The notes beneath the pieces are model-generated. The model ran no database searches, was not told the origin of the DNA, and was given only the letters and a program-made list of their open reading frames with translations. 32,000 nt of DNA, taken from positions 39,894-71,893 of the forward strand of contig NZ_QMEA01000013.1 of assembly GCF_012912105.1 (NCBI RefSeq). Direction: 5' to 3'. Source of the stretch: Brasilonema sp. UFV-L1. Its GTDB lineage: Bacteria; Cyanobacteriota; Cyanobacteriia; Cyanobacteriales; Nostocaceae. The position numbers and the translations under genes were made by a program. Of the stretch, positions 8,701 through 16,830 are shown piece by piece (the stretch's first letter is position 1; the number at the start of each line of letters is the position of its first letter).

Positions 8701-11700
8701 ATTGGAGCAGTTGAGAAAGCAAGAGCTTGCGATCGCTCAGTGTTCTGAACTAACCATAGCAGCATCTCAAGCCTTTGAAGCATTTCAAAAGCATCCTCAA
8801 CCAACATATAAGCTGGCGATCGTCGGACACAATAAACACGAACTGAGTCAGGAAATCCAACGCGCCCTCAAGGGTGTTACGAAAGCCTTTGAGGAAGACG
8901 GAGACTGGAAGACCCCGCTAGGCAGCTATTTTACAGCAAGACCCTTGGGTAAAAACGGTAACGTCGCCTTTGTCTACCCTGGTACGTTCAACGCCTACCT
9001 AGGTATGTGCAAAGATTTGAGCCATCTGTTTCCCAAAATGTATTCCAAAGTCTATAATGACCTTGCTCAGTATGATTCTGCTAAACCGCTAAACAAGCTT
9101 CTGCATTTATCGAATAAACTTTTCTATCCAAGAAGCTTAAAGCGATTATCAAAGCGGCAACTGGAAGCTTTGGATATGCAACTGGCGGATAATTCGATGA
9201 TTATGCTTCTGGCTGGAGTGCTGTCCGCACATTGGCATACCACAGTTATGAGAGATTATTTCCAGGTACATCCCCAGTCTGCCCTAGGGTACTGCCTTGG
9301 TGAAGTCAGCATGATTTTTGCGCTGGATGTCTGGGGTAGGATGGAAGGCTCAGCCGATAACTTTGAATTATCTTCTTTATTCAAAACCCGGTTATCAGGT
9401 CCCAAAAATGCAGTTCGCGAAGCTTGGGGATTGCCTCAAAGTCAAGAACCTGCAAGCGAAGATTTTTGGAGTAGTTATGTGCTCATGACTTCTGCATCTG
9501 AGGTTAGAGAAATCTTGAAGCATGAAAACCATGTTTACCTAACTCACATTAACACTCCCAAAGAGGTGGTTATTGCTGGTAACAAGCAAGGTTGTCTAAG
9601 GCTGATTGAACATTTGCAATGTGATTATTTCCCTGCACCTGTCAGTGATGTTATTCACTGTGAGGTCATGCACTCCGAATACGATGAGCTGGTAAAATGG
9701 CTTAACTTTCCGGTTCAAAACCAGCCGCCGCTCAATTTTTATTGGGCCGCGGATGACAAATCCATCACACTCGATAGTCAGTCTATCGCTCACACCATTG
9801 CTAAAGCAATCTGTCAGCCTGTGGATTTTCCTGGATTAATTAACCGAGTCTATGAAGATGGTGTGCGCATTTTTATTGAGCTAGGTCCCGGAGGTAGCTG
9901 TTCTCGCTGGATTCGGGAAAGCCTCAAGCAAAAAGAGCATGTTGCAATGTCCATCAATCGCCGAGGCGTGGATGATCATACAGGAATTGTTAGAGTTTTG
10001 GCGCAGCTACTCAGTCATCAAGTCCCTGTGAATCTATCTTCACTGTACGGTGAAGTTAAAGAAAGTCTTACTCCAAAAAAATCTCTCGTGAAAACCATCA
10101 CCTTGGGAGGTCCCCGGATCAGTGCAGCGATTTTGACCGAGGAAAACCAAAAACGTTTTGCGAATCTAGCTTTACCTGTCCTGACTCAACACACTTGGCA
10201 GCAGCATCAGCCCTTACCCCATCAGAAGCCCCCAGTCGAAAGAGCGGTCTCCATAGCATTAAAAAACACCGTTCAAGAAATGACAAGAATCTCTCAAAGC
10301 AAGCAGCCGGGGAAATCAGGGCAAGAGAAAACTAACGGTAGTCATCATAAGCACCAACCTCAAGCGCCTGTTACACATAATCTTCAGCCGATGAAACAAA
10401 AAAACTCCCAACTTACGCACTCCTCTCATCAGGAAACGACTGAACATGTGCCAGCAGAAATTTCTTCTAATGCATACAGCCTTAATTACCAAAAGTTGAG
10501 CAAAAACACCCCCCTTTCGGCTCATGCTGCGTTCTTGCAAGCAAGACTACAGTCGTTACAGCAAATGAGCCAGATGATTCAACAGCAAATCGCTGTTTCA
10601 CAACGCCTGCAAGACGACCAGCCTACCCAGGAAAATCCTCAAGAAAGCCAAGGCTTTCCACCAGTGGCTCAGATATTGATGCATCAAACACAACAGACTT
10701 CTACAAGTCAAATTTCTACATCCCAAAAGCCACCTGATACCAATTTGGAGTCAAACACTGTACTCGACGCGGTTCAGGGTAGAGGTGGTAACGCGGAGAG
10801 TTCTGTAGAGATATCCCCGCCTCAGGAGTATTCCCCACCCTCGCATCAAATGCCACAGCAGAATGCAACCTCGTATGAGTTAAGCTTGTCTAACTTTTTT
10901 GGGAACCCTCAGCCACCTGCCAACGTTGTGTTTGATGAAGCTGCGGTACTTGAATCTGCTTGTGGGAAACTTTCACGAGTCTTCGGTAAAGAGTATGAAA
11001 TCATCGATTCTTATCCGAGGTGTACGCGGGTGCCAATGCCTCCTTATCTTTTTATTAGCCGAGTCACTAAATTAGATGCCAAACGCGGCTGCTTTGAACC
11101 TTGCTCAATCGAAACAGAATACGATATTCCTCTAGATGCATGGTACGCCATTGATGGCCAACAAGTCCCCGCTGCAATACCTCTGGAAGCTTCCCACGCC
11201 AATATATTCTTGGTCAGTTATCTAGGTGTTGATTTTGAAACTAAAGGTCAACGGATTTATCGAAATATCGGTGGTACCACGACATTTCTAGGTGATATGC
11301 CCGTAGTAGGAGAAACCCTCCGTTGCAAAGTCAATATCAATTCTTTTTCTAGAAGCGGCGATACCTTACTGTTTTTCTTTACTTACGAGTGCTTCGTGGG
11401 CGAGAGAATCATTATGAGAATGGAAAGCGGTGGGGGATTTTTCTCCGACGAAGTTCTCAAGAAAGGACAAGGAATTATTCTTAGTGAGCGAGAGAAGCAA
11501 GAGAGACTAAAAATTCAAAAGCAACATTTTGAACCATTGCTAGTCTGCCAAAAGTCGTCTTTTAACGAGGAGGATTTGTCGCACATAAGGGCAGGAAATA
11601 TCGCTGCATGTTTTGGAGAACATTATGAACAAAATGGTAAAAACTTAACATTTCGTTTACCTCCACTACCCATGTGCATGATCGATAGAGTCACGTCCTT

Positions 11701-12106
11701 TGATCCAAAAGGAGGGGCTTGGGGGTTAGGTTTACTTGTAGCGGAAAAAACCATAGACCCAGAGCACTGGTATTTCCACTGTCATTTTAAAGATGACTTC
11801 TGTCTGCCCGGTACTTTACTTAGTGATGCGTGTACTCAACTTCTGGGAGTTTATATGTTGTATCTTGGGTTGCAGACCCGTACCAACAACGCTTGGGCTC
11901 AGCCAATTCCTCATATTCCCCAAATAGGACGCTATCGTGGGCAGATTCAGCCGACTTCTGCCACACTGACTTTTCAACTGGAAGTCACTGAAATTGGTCT
12001 TGAACCACAACCTTTGGTCAGAGCAGATGCATCTGTGATTTTTGAGGGCAGAACAATTGCGATGATTAAAAATGTTGGTCTTCGGTTGGTAGAAAAGCCT
12101 TCCTAA
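5765..12106 (+). CDS. PfaC/HglC-like multidomain subunit: KS - chain-length-factor-like KS - acyltransferase - long low-complexity linker - FabA-type dehydratase didomain
   Basis: KS (about 5765-7130): DAACASS with Cys codon 6368-6370, CHATGTPLGD, GSVKSNLGH. CLF (about 7184-8600): FTVSAEENS, no active-site Cys. AT (about 8950-10050): NVAFVYPG, ALGYCLGE, VIHCEV. Q/P/S/T-rich linker (about 10150-10910). FabA-like DH (about 10920-12103): EHWYFHCHFKDDFCLPGTL. Confidence 0.9.
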   Translation: MEKIAIIGLSCLFPDAQTPKQFWHNLVTGKDSVALATEEQMGVEPDLLYDPIKGRTTETGKYYCKRGGYIRNFKFDPTGYRISPELLKSLDPIYQWSLYVSKQALQDSGYLGNPSALSKCGVILGNLSSPTRYSYRLIAPIYQRVVDSAIQALLHHQDFQLEKLLLPDNISPLNILTAGYPSAIVAQALSLSGINFSLDAACASSLYAIRLACEYLRFRKADLMLAGAISCTDPFMTHSVFSLFQAYPDDGIGRPLDNSSGGLMTGEGAGMLVLKRYSDAKRDGDQIYATILSAGLSNDGRGKHFLSPNPKGQILAFERAYAEAGINPQSIDYVECHATGTPLGDRTELNSMETFFGQYGASPLIGSVKSNLGHLLTAAGMPSLIKVILSMNEGLIPPTIHVRESLSSDNNIIAAENVVKCATPWPGQPTLKRAAVSAFGFGGTNSHLILERGNQSTSIPSPRTEEGTSAQPEKMAIVGMEAFFGPCENLNAFERCIYDGSQQFIPLPDTRWQGIEEQQQLLKDYKLTSAEAPLGAYIKNFKMDYLRSRIPPDEAERPIPQQLLIMQVAEGAIKNAGLEEGANVAVIVAMGTELTAHKVRARCDISWQTEKSVAQANIPLPPEKIKELETIANNSLTNSELETIAAHNSLNKNVHIKVNQCISFIGNIMASRISALWNFSGPSFTVSAEENSTFKALDIAQMLLTENKVDAVVVGAVDLTGGIENVLFRNQIAQINTGKPTLSYDRDANGWLVGEGAGAVVLKRLDTAKQNQDCIYAVIDAISILQENSPLETTDTLPQSPVAEPVSLACLHAFQQAGIKPTDIGYLEVFGSGIAQEDEAEIGGLLRAYQTSGSELSCAIGSVKANIGHTYAASGMASLIKTALCLYNRYIPATPQWSGPKKPEAWQGSPFYVACESRLWSLEETIVKRVAAINGLGIDRSYAHLILSEDPTQQNRSNRYLEQVPFYLFPLAAANQSELLEQLRKQELAIAQCSELTIAASQAFEAFQKHPQPTYKLAIVGHNKHELSQEIQRALKGVTKAFEEDGDWKTPLGSYFTARPLGKNGNVAFVYPGTFNAYLGMCKDLSHLFPKMYSKVYNDLAQYDSAKPLNKLLHLSNKLFYPRSLKRLSKRQLEALDMQLADNSMIMLLAGVLSAHWHTTVMRDYFQVHPQSALGYCLGEVSMIFALDVWGRMEGSADNFELSSLFKTRLSGPKNAVREAWGLPQSQEPASEDFWSSYVLMTSASEVREILKHENHVYLTHINTPKEVVIAGNKQGCLRLIEHLQCDYFPAPVSDVIHCEVMHSEYDELVKWLNFPVQNQPPLNFYWAADDKSITLDSQSIAHTIAKAICQPVDFPGLINRVYEDGVRIFIELGPGGSCSRWIRESLKQKEHVAMSINRRGVDDHTGIVRVLAQLLSHQVPVNLSSLYGEVKESLTPKKSLVKTITLGGPRISAAILTEENQKRFANLALPVLTQHTWQQHQPLPHQKPPVERAVSIALKNTVQEMTRISQSKQPGKSGQEKTNGSHHKHQPQAPVTHNLQPMKQKNSQLTHSSHQETTEHVPAEISSNAYSLNYQKLSKNTPLSAHAAFLQARLQSLQQMSQMIQQQIAVSQRLQDDQPTQENPQESQGFPPVAQILMHQTQQTSTSQISTSQKPPDTNLESNTVLDAVQGRGGNAESSVEISPPQEYSPPSHQMPQQNATSYELSLSNFFGNPQPPANVVFDEAAVLESACGKLSRVFGKEYEIIDSYPRCTRVPMPPYLFISRVTKLDAKRGCFEPCSIETEYDIPLDAWYAIDGQQVPAAIPLEASHANIFLVSYLGVDFETKGQRIYRNIGGTTTFLGDMPVVGETLRCKVNINSFSRSGDTLLFFFTYECFVGERIIMRMESGGGFFSDEVLKKGQGIILSEREKQERLKIQKQHFEPLLVCQKSSFNEEDLSHIRAGNIAACFGEHYEQNGKNLTFRLPPLPMCMIDRVTSFDPKGGAWGLGLLVAEKTIDPEHWYFHCHFKDDFCLPGTLLSDACTQLLGVYMLYLGLQTRTNNAWAQPIPHIPQIGRYRGQIQPTSATLTFQLEVTEIGLEPQPLVRADASVIFEGRTIAMIKNVGLRLVEKPS

Positions 12107-12423
12107 GCGTAGAGTCCTAGCATAAACACCCGACGGGTAGAGCTGATCCCCAAGTCGTGACAAAGTGAACTTCAGGACTTAAGCATTGACATAAATAATC
12201 AAGTATGGTTTTGAGCTTTTCAGACATTAAAGTTTGATTTTTTCACTACTAGCGATCGCTCGCTATCTACTTGAGGGTAATCGCCAATACGCTGAAACGA
12301 CAAAATCTCTTTGTACACATGATTGTCAATTTGAGAGCGTGCTTAAGTCCTAAACTTAACTTTATTTTCCGTAATGAGGCGAAAAAGGTGACAAGCTTAT
12401 TTGTATCAACTCATAAAAATGAT

Positions 12424-14043
12424 ATGAGGTTTTCAGAAAACCTAACTGGTCATAATCTTGTAGAAAAAAACCCCTTAGATTTTGTATCTTTTGACCATGC
12501 GGACATCAAGGCAAAACTGCTGGATTTAGAGAAACCTTGTTATGTTGTTAGGGTTGACGGAAAAATTGGGTTTACTAACGAAGCTGATTTCTATCGTGCG
12601 AATGATGCCAAAACCGGACAAGTAGAACCCCTGATCGCCCTGCCACCACTACCTCCTCAACAGTTAGGCGACCCAGAGTTCCGGGCGTTTCACCGGGTGA
12701 AATATGCCTATGCCACAGGGGCGATGGCTGGGGGCATTTCCTCTGAGGAATTAGTGATTGCTCTGGGAAGAGAGGGAATTTTGAGTTCATTTGGTGCTGG
12801 TGGACTGAGACCTGCTCGGATCGAAGCCGCTATTCAGCGCATTCAACGAGCGCTACCTCAGGGACCTTATGCTTTTAATTTGATCCACAGTCCGAATGAA
12901 CAAGCCTTAGAACGCGGTGCAGTTGATCTGTATCTCAAATATGGTGTTAGAACTGTAGAAGCTTCTGCATTCCTGGATTTAACCCCCAACATCGTCTATT
13001 ACCGGGCGGCGGGACTCAGTCTTAATTCTGCCAATCAAATTGAGATTAAGCACAAAGTCATTGCCAAAGTTTCTCGACGAGAAGTTGCAACCCAATTTCT
13101 CCAGCCCGCTGCAACCAAAATCCTCAAAGAATTGGTTAATCAGGGACGGCTTACAGAGTTACAGGCAGCCCTGGCAGAACAAGTTCCTATGGCTGATGAT
13201 ATCACCGTCGAGGCAGATTCTGGAGGACACACAGATAATCGACCTTTGGTCTGTCTGTTTCCTTCCATACTTAGCCTCAGAGATGAAATTCAGGAAAAGT
13301 ATGGTTACGCCAGACCTGTCAGAGTAGGAGCTGCCGGAGGAATTGGAACGCCCCAGTCTGCCTTAGCTGCTTTTATCATGGGTGCTGCCTATGTTGTCAC
13401 TGGGTCGGTTAACCAGTCCTGCATTGAAGCAGCAGCTTCTGAACATACCAAGCAATTATTAGCTCAAGCCCAGATGCCCGACGTGATGATGGCACCGGCA
13501 GCAGATATGTTTGAAATGGGTGTCAAACTACAAGTGCTCAAACGAGGCACACTCTTCGGTGTCCGCGCTCAGAAATTGTATGAGGTGTACAGAACTTACG
13601 ACTCAATTGAAACAATTCCCCCCCAGGAAAGAGAGAAGTTAGAAAAACAAATTTTTAGAAGAAGTCTGGATGTTGTTTGGGATGATACTGTAGCTTTCTT
13701 TACTCAACGCGACCCCGAACAAATAACCAGAGCCGCCAACAATCCCAAGCAAAAAATGGCATTGATTTTCCGTTGGTATCTGGGATTAGCATCCCGTTGG
13801 TCTAACTCTGGAGAAAAAGGCCGGGAAGTTGACTACCAAATCTGGTGTGGACCAGCAATGGGAGGCTTCAATGATTGGGTGAAGGGGTCTTACCTGGCTG
13901 AGCCGCACAATCGCAGAGTCGTAGATGTGGCTCATAACATTATGACCGGAGCTGCATTTTTACACCGGATACAGAGCTTGAAAGTTCATGGACTGCATAT
14001 GCCAGCCTACTACAGCCAGTATTGTCCAGCTCCTCTCAAATAA
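12424..14043 (+). CDS. PfaD/HglA-type enoyl reductase (FMN-dependent, nitronate-monooxygenase-like fold)
   Basis: PCYVVRVDGKIGF, FRAFHRVKYAYATGAMAGGISSEELVIALGREGILSSFGAGG, ITVEADSGGHTDNRP and GAAGGIGTP are typical of PUFA-synthase ER subunits. I prefer ATG 12424 to the track's TTG 12271, whose 51 extra residues look non-coding. Confidence 0.85.
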   Translation: MRFSENLTGHNLVEKNPLDFVSFDHADIKAKLLDLEKPCYVVRVDGKIGFTNEADFYRANDAKTGQVEPLIALPPLPPQQLGDPEFRAFHRVKYAYATGAMAGGISSEELVIALGREGILSSFGAGGLRPARIEAAIQRIQRALPQGPYAFNLIHSPNEQALERGAVDLYLKYGVRTVEASAFLDLTPNIVYYRAAGLSLNSANQIEIKHKVIAKVSRREVATQFLQPAATKILKELVNQGRLTELQAALAEQVPMADDITVEADSGGHTDNRPLVCLFPSILSLRDEIQEKYGYARPVRVGAAGGIGTPQSALAAFIMGAAYVVTGSVNQSCIEAAASEHTKQLLAQAQMPDVMMAPAADMFEMGVKLQVLKRGTLFGVRAQKLYEVYRTYDSIETIPPQEREKLEKQIFRRSLDVVWDDTVAFFTQRDPEQITRAANNPKQKMALIFRWYLGLASRWSNSGEKGREVDYQIWCGPAMGGFNDWVKGSYLAEPHNRRVVDVAHNIMTGAAFLHRIQSLKVHGLHMPAYYSQYCPAPLK

Positions 14044-14108
14044 TCTTGTTTCATTTTCTTTTAATTGCCTGAAATAAGTTTAGCTTTCTTTCAATAAGAG
14101 GTATACCG

Positions 14109-14414
14109 ATGAACCAGTTTACTTCCGAACCAACTGCCAACCAGCCATTATCTGCAGAGGCAATTCAATCTTGGTTAGTTTCTCAGTTTTCTGAGCAGCT
14201 AGGAGTCAAACCCAATGACATAGACACCCAACTGCCTTTTGATAGCTTCGGCTTGGACTCAGCGCAGGGAATGCTTATCGCTACTAGAGCAGAGAAGATG
14301 CTTGGATTTCGACTTTCTCCTGCTCTGCTTTGGCATTATCCCACGATTGAGTCGCTTGCTCAGCGCTTAGCCGAAGAATCTAAAGATGCCGAATTAGAGG
14401 TTTTTGAAATTTGA
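14109..14414 (+). CDS. Free-standing acyl/peptidyl carrier protein with acidic C-terminal tail
   Basis: FDSFGLDSAQGMLIATRAEKMLGFRLSPALLWHYPTIESLAQRLAE (phosphopantetheine Ser codon 14259-14261). Tail: SKDAELEVFEI. GAGG precedes the ATG. Confidence 0.8.
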   Translation: MNQFTSEPTANQPLSAEAIQSWLVSQFSEQLGVKPNDIDTQLPFDSFGLDSAQGMLIATRAEKMLGFRLSPALLWHYPTIESLAQRLAEESKDAELEVFEI

Positions 14415-14811
14415 GAGATTAAAGATATTTTAGATCTATTGAACTAAGAATTCAGCACAGCTGGAGTCAGTAATCAGAGTTCATCTGTCGCATGAGTGTC
14501 ATCGACAGATTCATTAGTGAAAGTTAACTCCTGATGCTTAAACTTTTCTGGCTCCTGGATTCTGACCGGAACTCCGGAGTAGGCGTGGCTCCGGTCCTAA
14601 ATTCTTACCTATCGATTCCCTTATGGTATTTATGCCTGAATGTTTTGCCCAATGATAACTTCAGTCAAAAAGTATTTAATAAAAGTTAAAAGCCTGGATA
14701 AGACTTTGAGGTTATTTAAAAACCTATTTAGCATAAAAGAATTGATAGAGCCGATATACTTGAAGAAGTTACAAAACTAGATTTTGACAACAATTTAAAT
14801 ATTCTGAAACT

Positions 14812-16707
14812 ATGAACACACAAGAGTTTTTAGCAAGTCTTACTCAACAGGGTGTCCAATTATCAGCTAATAATGACAAACTAAATATTCGGTCTCCAAA
14901 AGGGGTACTGACACCAGAACTCTCTGCAGAACTGACTGCACGTAAGGAAGAGCTTCTAAGCTTGCTGCACAATATGAAGATGCCAACAACTCCTACTGCT
15001 GTTCCACTGGAACATGCGCTCAGCTTACAAACGATTGGTCGTTTAATTGGAGGGTTTGTTGAGCAATCTGCTTTGGAGTGGAAGCAACCGCTCATTGATC
15101 CTAGAGTGATGGCTCAACAACTCACTGTTACATTTAGACCATTGCCTGATGGGTATAAGAATGAGGAAGTTCTTAAATTTAGAGAAGATTTAGAGAGTAA
15201 ACTGCGTGATTATGGGGTCACTGTCAAACCTTGGGAACGTGCTACAACCGATTTTCGCTTTGAGGTGAACATTCCCATAATAAAGTGGAAAAAAACTATT
15301 AAAACAAGAATAGTCAGCGCTGGAGTCAATGCGGTCATTGATGTTGAAAGACCTTCTTCATTAAAAAGAAAATTAGGGATTTTTATAGCAGAAAGAATAT
15401 ATCAAATATATTCTCAATTAATTGCAAGAGGTCGAAAAATTTCGATTTCAAGAATTGCCATGTTGACCAGTTGGGCTGAAGACCATGCAGCTCAACGCAT
15501 TGAAGACCCTACCAATACTCAAGTCATTCTTCTTAAGGAAATAGATAATCAACTTGCAGACTCTCAATTACCCTATCAAAAGAAAATACAAATAGGGTTA
15601 AACACTCTAACAAGAACATATTCAGAGATTGTTATTGGAGTTTCTAGAGAAAAAATATCGGTATTAAACATGAATCTGTGCGATTCTTTATTCTCTAGAA
15701 AAGAGCTAGATAGTTTTGTACTAAACTCGCTGATTCCAAAAATTTTTGTTCCGATAGCTCCACTACTACTGAACCGATTTGAGTTAGGACAATATGATCC
15801 TCGTCAATCTGACTATGCAAAAAAATTAGTGAACTTGGGTAAAGAACTTGTAGTAACTGGTTTATTTCCTCAGGGTTCAAAGCTTAGTGAAGTTATTCCC
15901 AGGAAATCACAACGAGAAATTGTCAGCATAATGATGGATGGCAGAACAGGCGTCTCTTATGGCTTTGTTGCCTACGCTGAAGCTCCACAATACGTTGGAA
16001 AGCAAGAAGTGACTGAAGATGAGTGGGAAAGCTTATCTCCTGTTCAAGGATTCAATTTTGAGGAAATCCGTCAGAATGCAATAGGAAGATGGTATATAAA
16101 AACTTACTTAGAAGCAGAATATAAGTTTAAGCAAATTCCCGATACCTGGCTTGTTAGCTCTCGTTCAGGATCAAATAAAACAAACTTAAATCTTGAAAGC
16201 GATATTACTAGAATCGGTTTAAAAGGAAAGTTGTATCTGCAATTACCGCAGGGAATTGATTCTAAAGTTGTGGACATCAAACCTTCTTATGATGTCTATG
16301 TGATGATTGCTATTGCTCTGTCTGCCGCTTTGCATACACCTGAGTTAATTAAAAATGGTATGCCAATTGTCCATTTTCACGGATACCCAGCATTTGAGTG
16401 GTTGAAACCAAATGAATACTACGCTGGAGTCAACAATCCTTCGGTACCTTGCGGAACGTATGAATCAGGAGTGTTCAATTTTCTGGGAATTCAAAAACTG
16501 GCAAATGAGTATGGCGATAGCATAGCCCTAGCTAGCTTGATAGAACCGGATCATGGCACAAATGTCATAGCGCCTGATTTAAATTATCTCATCGAAAGAC
16601 TGAAAGCTGGATGTGAAAATGGGCAAATTGAATTAGGTGGAAGGCATTTTATCTCTCTCAAACTCAAGAACTCGGTTGAGGGTGACTGCAAAGTCGCATT
16701 GCCTTAA
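14812..16707 (+). CDS. Protein of unknown function with N-terminal TubC-type beta-hairpin docking domain (about 14812-14976) and about 570-aa unassigned body
   Basis: The N-terminus MNTQEFLASLTQQGVQLSANNDKLNIRSPKGVLTPELSAELTARKEELLSLL matches the NRPS N-terminal docking-domain pattern. The rest shows no motif I can recognise. Long uninterrupted ORF, AT-rich relative to the synthase genes. Confidence 0.7.
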   Translation: MNTQEFLASLTQQGVQLSANNDKLNIRSPKGVLTPELSAELTARKEELLSLLHNMKMPTTPTAVPLEHALSLQTIGRLIGGFVEQSALEWKQPLIDPRVMAQQLTVTFRPLPDGYKNEEVLKFREDLESKLRDYGVTVKPWERATTDFRFEVNIPIIKWKKTIKTRIVSAGVNAVIDVERPSSLKRKLGIFIAERIYQIYSQLIARGRKISISRIAMLTSWAEDHAAQRIEDPTNTQVILLKEIDNQLADSQLPYQKKIQIGLNTLTRTYSEIVIGVSREKISVLNMNLCDSLFSRKELDSFVLNSLIPKIFVPIAPLLLNRFELGQYDPRQSDYAKKLVNLGKELVVTGLFPQGSKLSEVIPRKSQREIVSIMMDGRTGVSYGFVAYAEAPQYVGKQEVTEDEWESLSPVQGFNFEEIRQNAIGRWYIKTYLEAEYKFKQIPDTWLVSSRSGSNKTNLNLESDITRIGLKGKLYLQLPQGIDSKVVDIKPSYDVYVMIAIALSAALHTPELIKNGMPIVHFHGYPAFEWLKPNEYYAGVNNPSVPCGTYESGVFNFLGIQKLANEYGDSIALASLIEPDHGTNVIAPDLNYLIERLKAGCENGQIELGGRHFISLKLKNSVEGDCKVALP

Positions 16708-16771
16708 ATGAAATTAAGTTATGCACTTACTTTGATAGAGCATAAATGTAAAAATAGCGCAAACTTTTTGA

Positions 16772-16817
16772 CAGAAGGCTTTTCAAACTAATGTGCTTTT
16801 AGTAACAATGCCTTCTG
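16772..16817. terminator. Inverted repeat between convergent genes (possible bidirectional terminator)
   Basis: CAGAAGGC(16772-16779)/GCCTTCTG(16810-16817), 8-bp perfect arms with a 30-nt loop. It lies between the 3' ends of the 14812-16707 and 16831-17637 genes. The large loop makes this weak. Confidence 0.25.
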
Positions 16818-16830
16818 CCAAACACACTTA

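Noticed and set aside
12271-12423. N-terminal extension of the enoyl-reductase ORF from a TTG start
   Set aside because: The extra 51 residues (MRVIANTLKRQNLFVHMIVNLRACLSPKLNF..) look non-coding. Homology-like sequence begins after ATG 12424.
14064-14076. Exact 13-mer ATTGCCTGAAATA shared between 14064-14076 and 26300-26312, both just after gene ends
   Set aside because: In 32 kb of AT-biased sequence, several 13-mer coincidences are expected by chance. The flanks do not align convincingly.
14572-14579. TCCGGA (DIF1-like heterocyst-promoter motif) upstream of the docking-domain gene
   Set aside because: This hexamer also occurs inside several coding regions of the window (e.g. near 4641, 6417, 27301, 31656). 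On its own it has no evidential weight.
879-15880. Many 60-115-aa ORFs on the strand opposite the synthase, SDR and iscB genes, or in alternative frames of them (e.g. 879-1133, 1466-1696, 1712-1894, 3312-3530, 3620-3802, 6301-6606, 7026-7235, 7454-7980, 9596-9793, 10316-10540, 11816-12163, 12575-12790, 13040-13327, 14844-15095, 15695-15880)
   Set aside because: They are fully nested in long ORFs that carry clear domain motifs. Their translations are low-complexity or Cys/Arg/Ser-rich, as expected of shadow frames.
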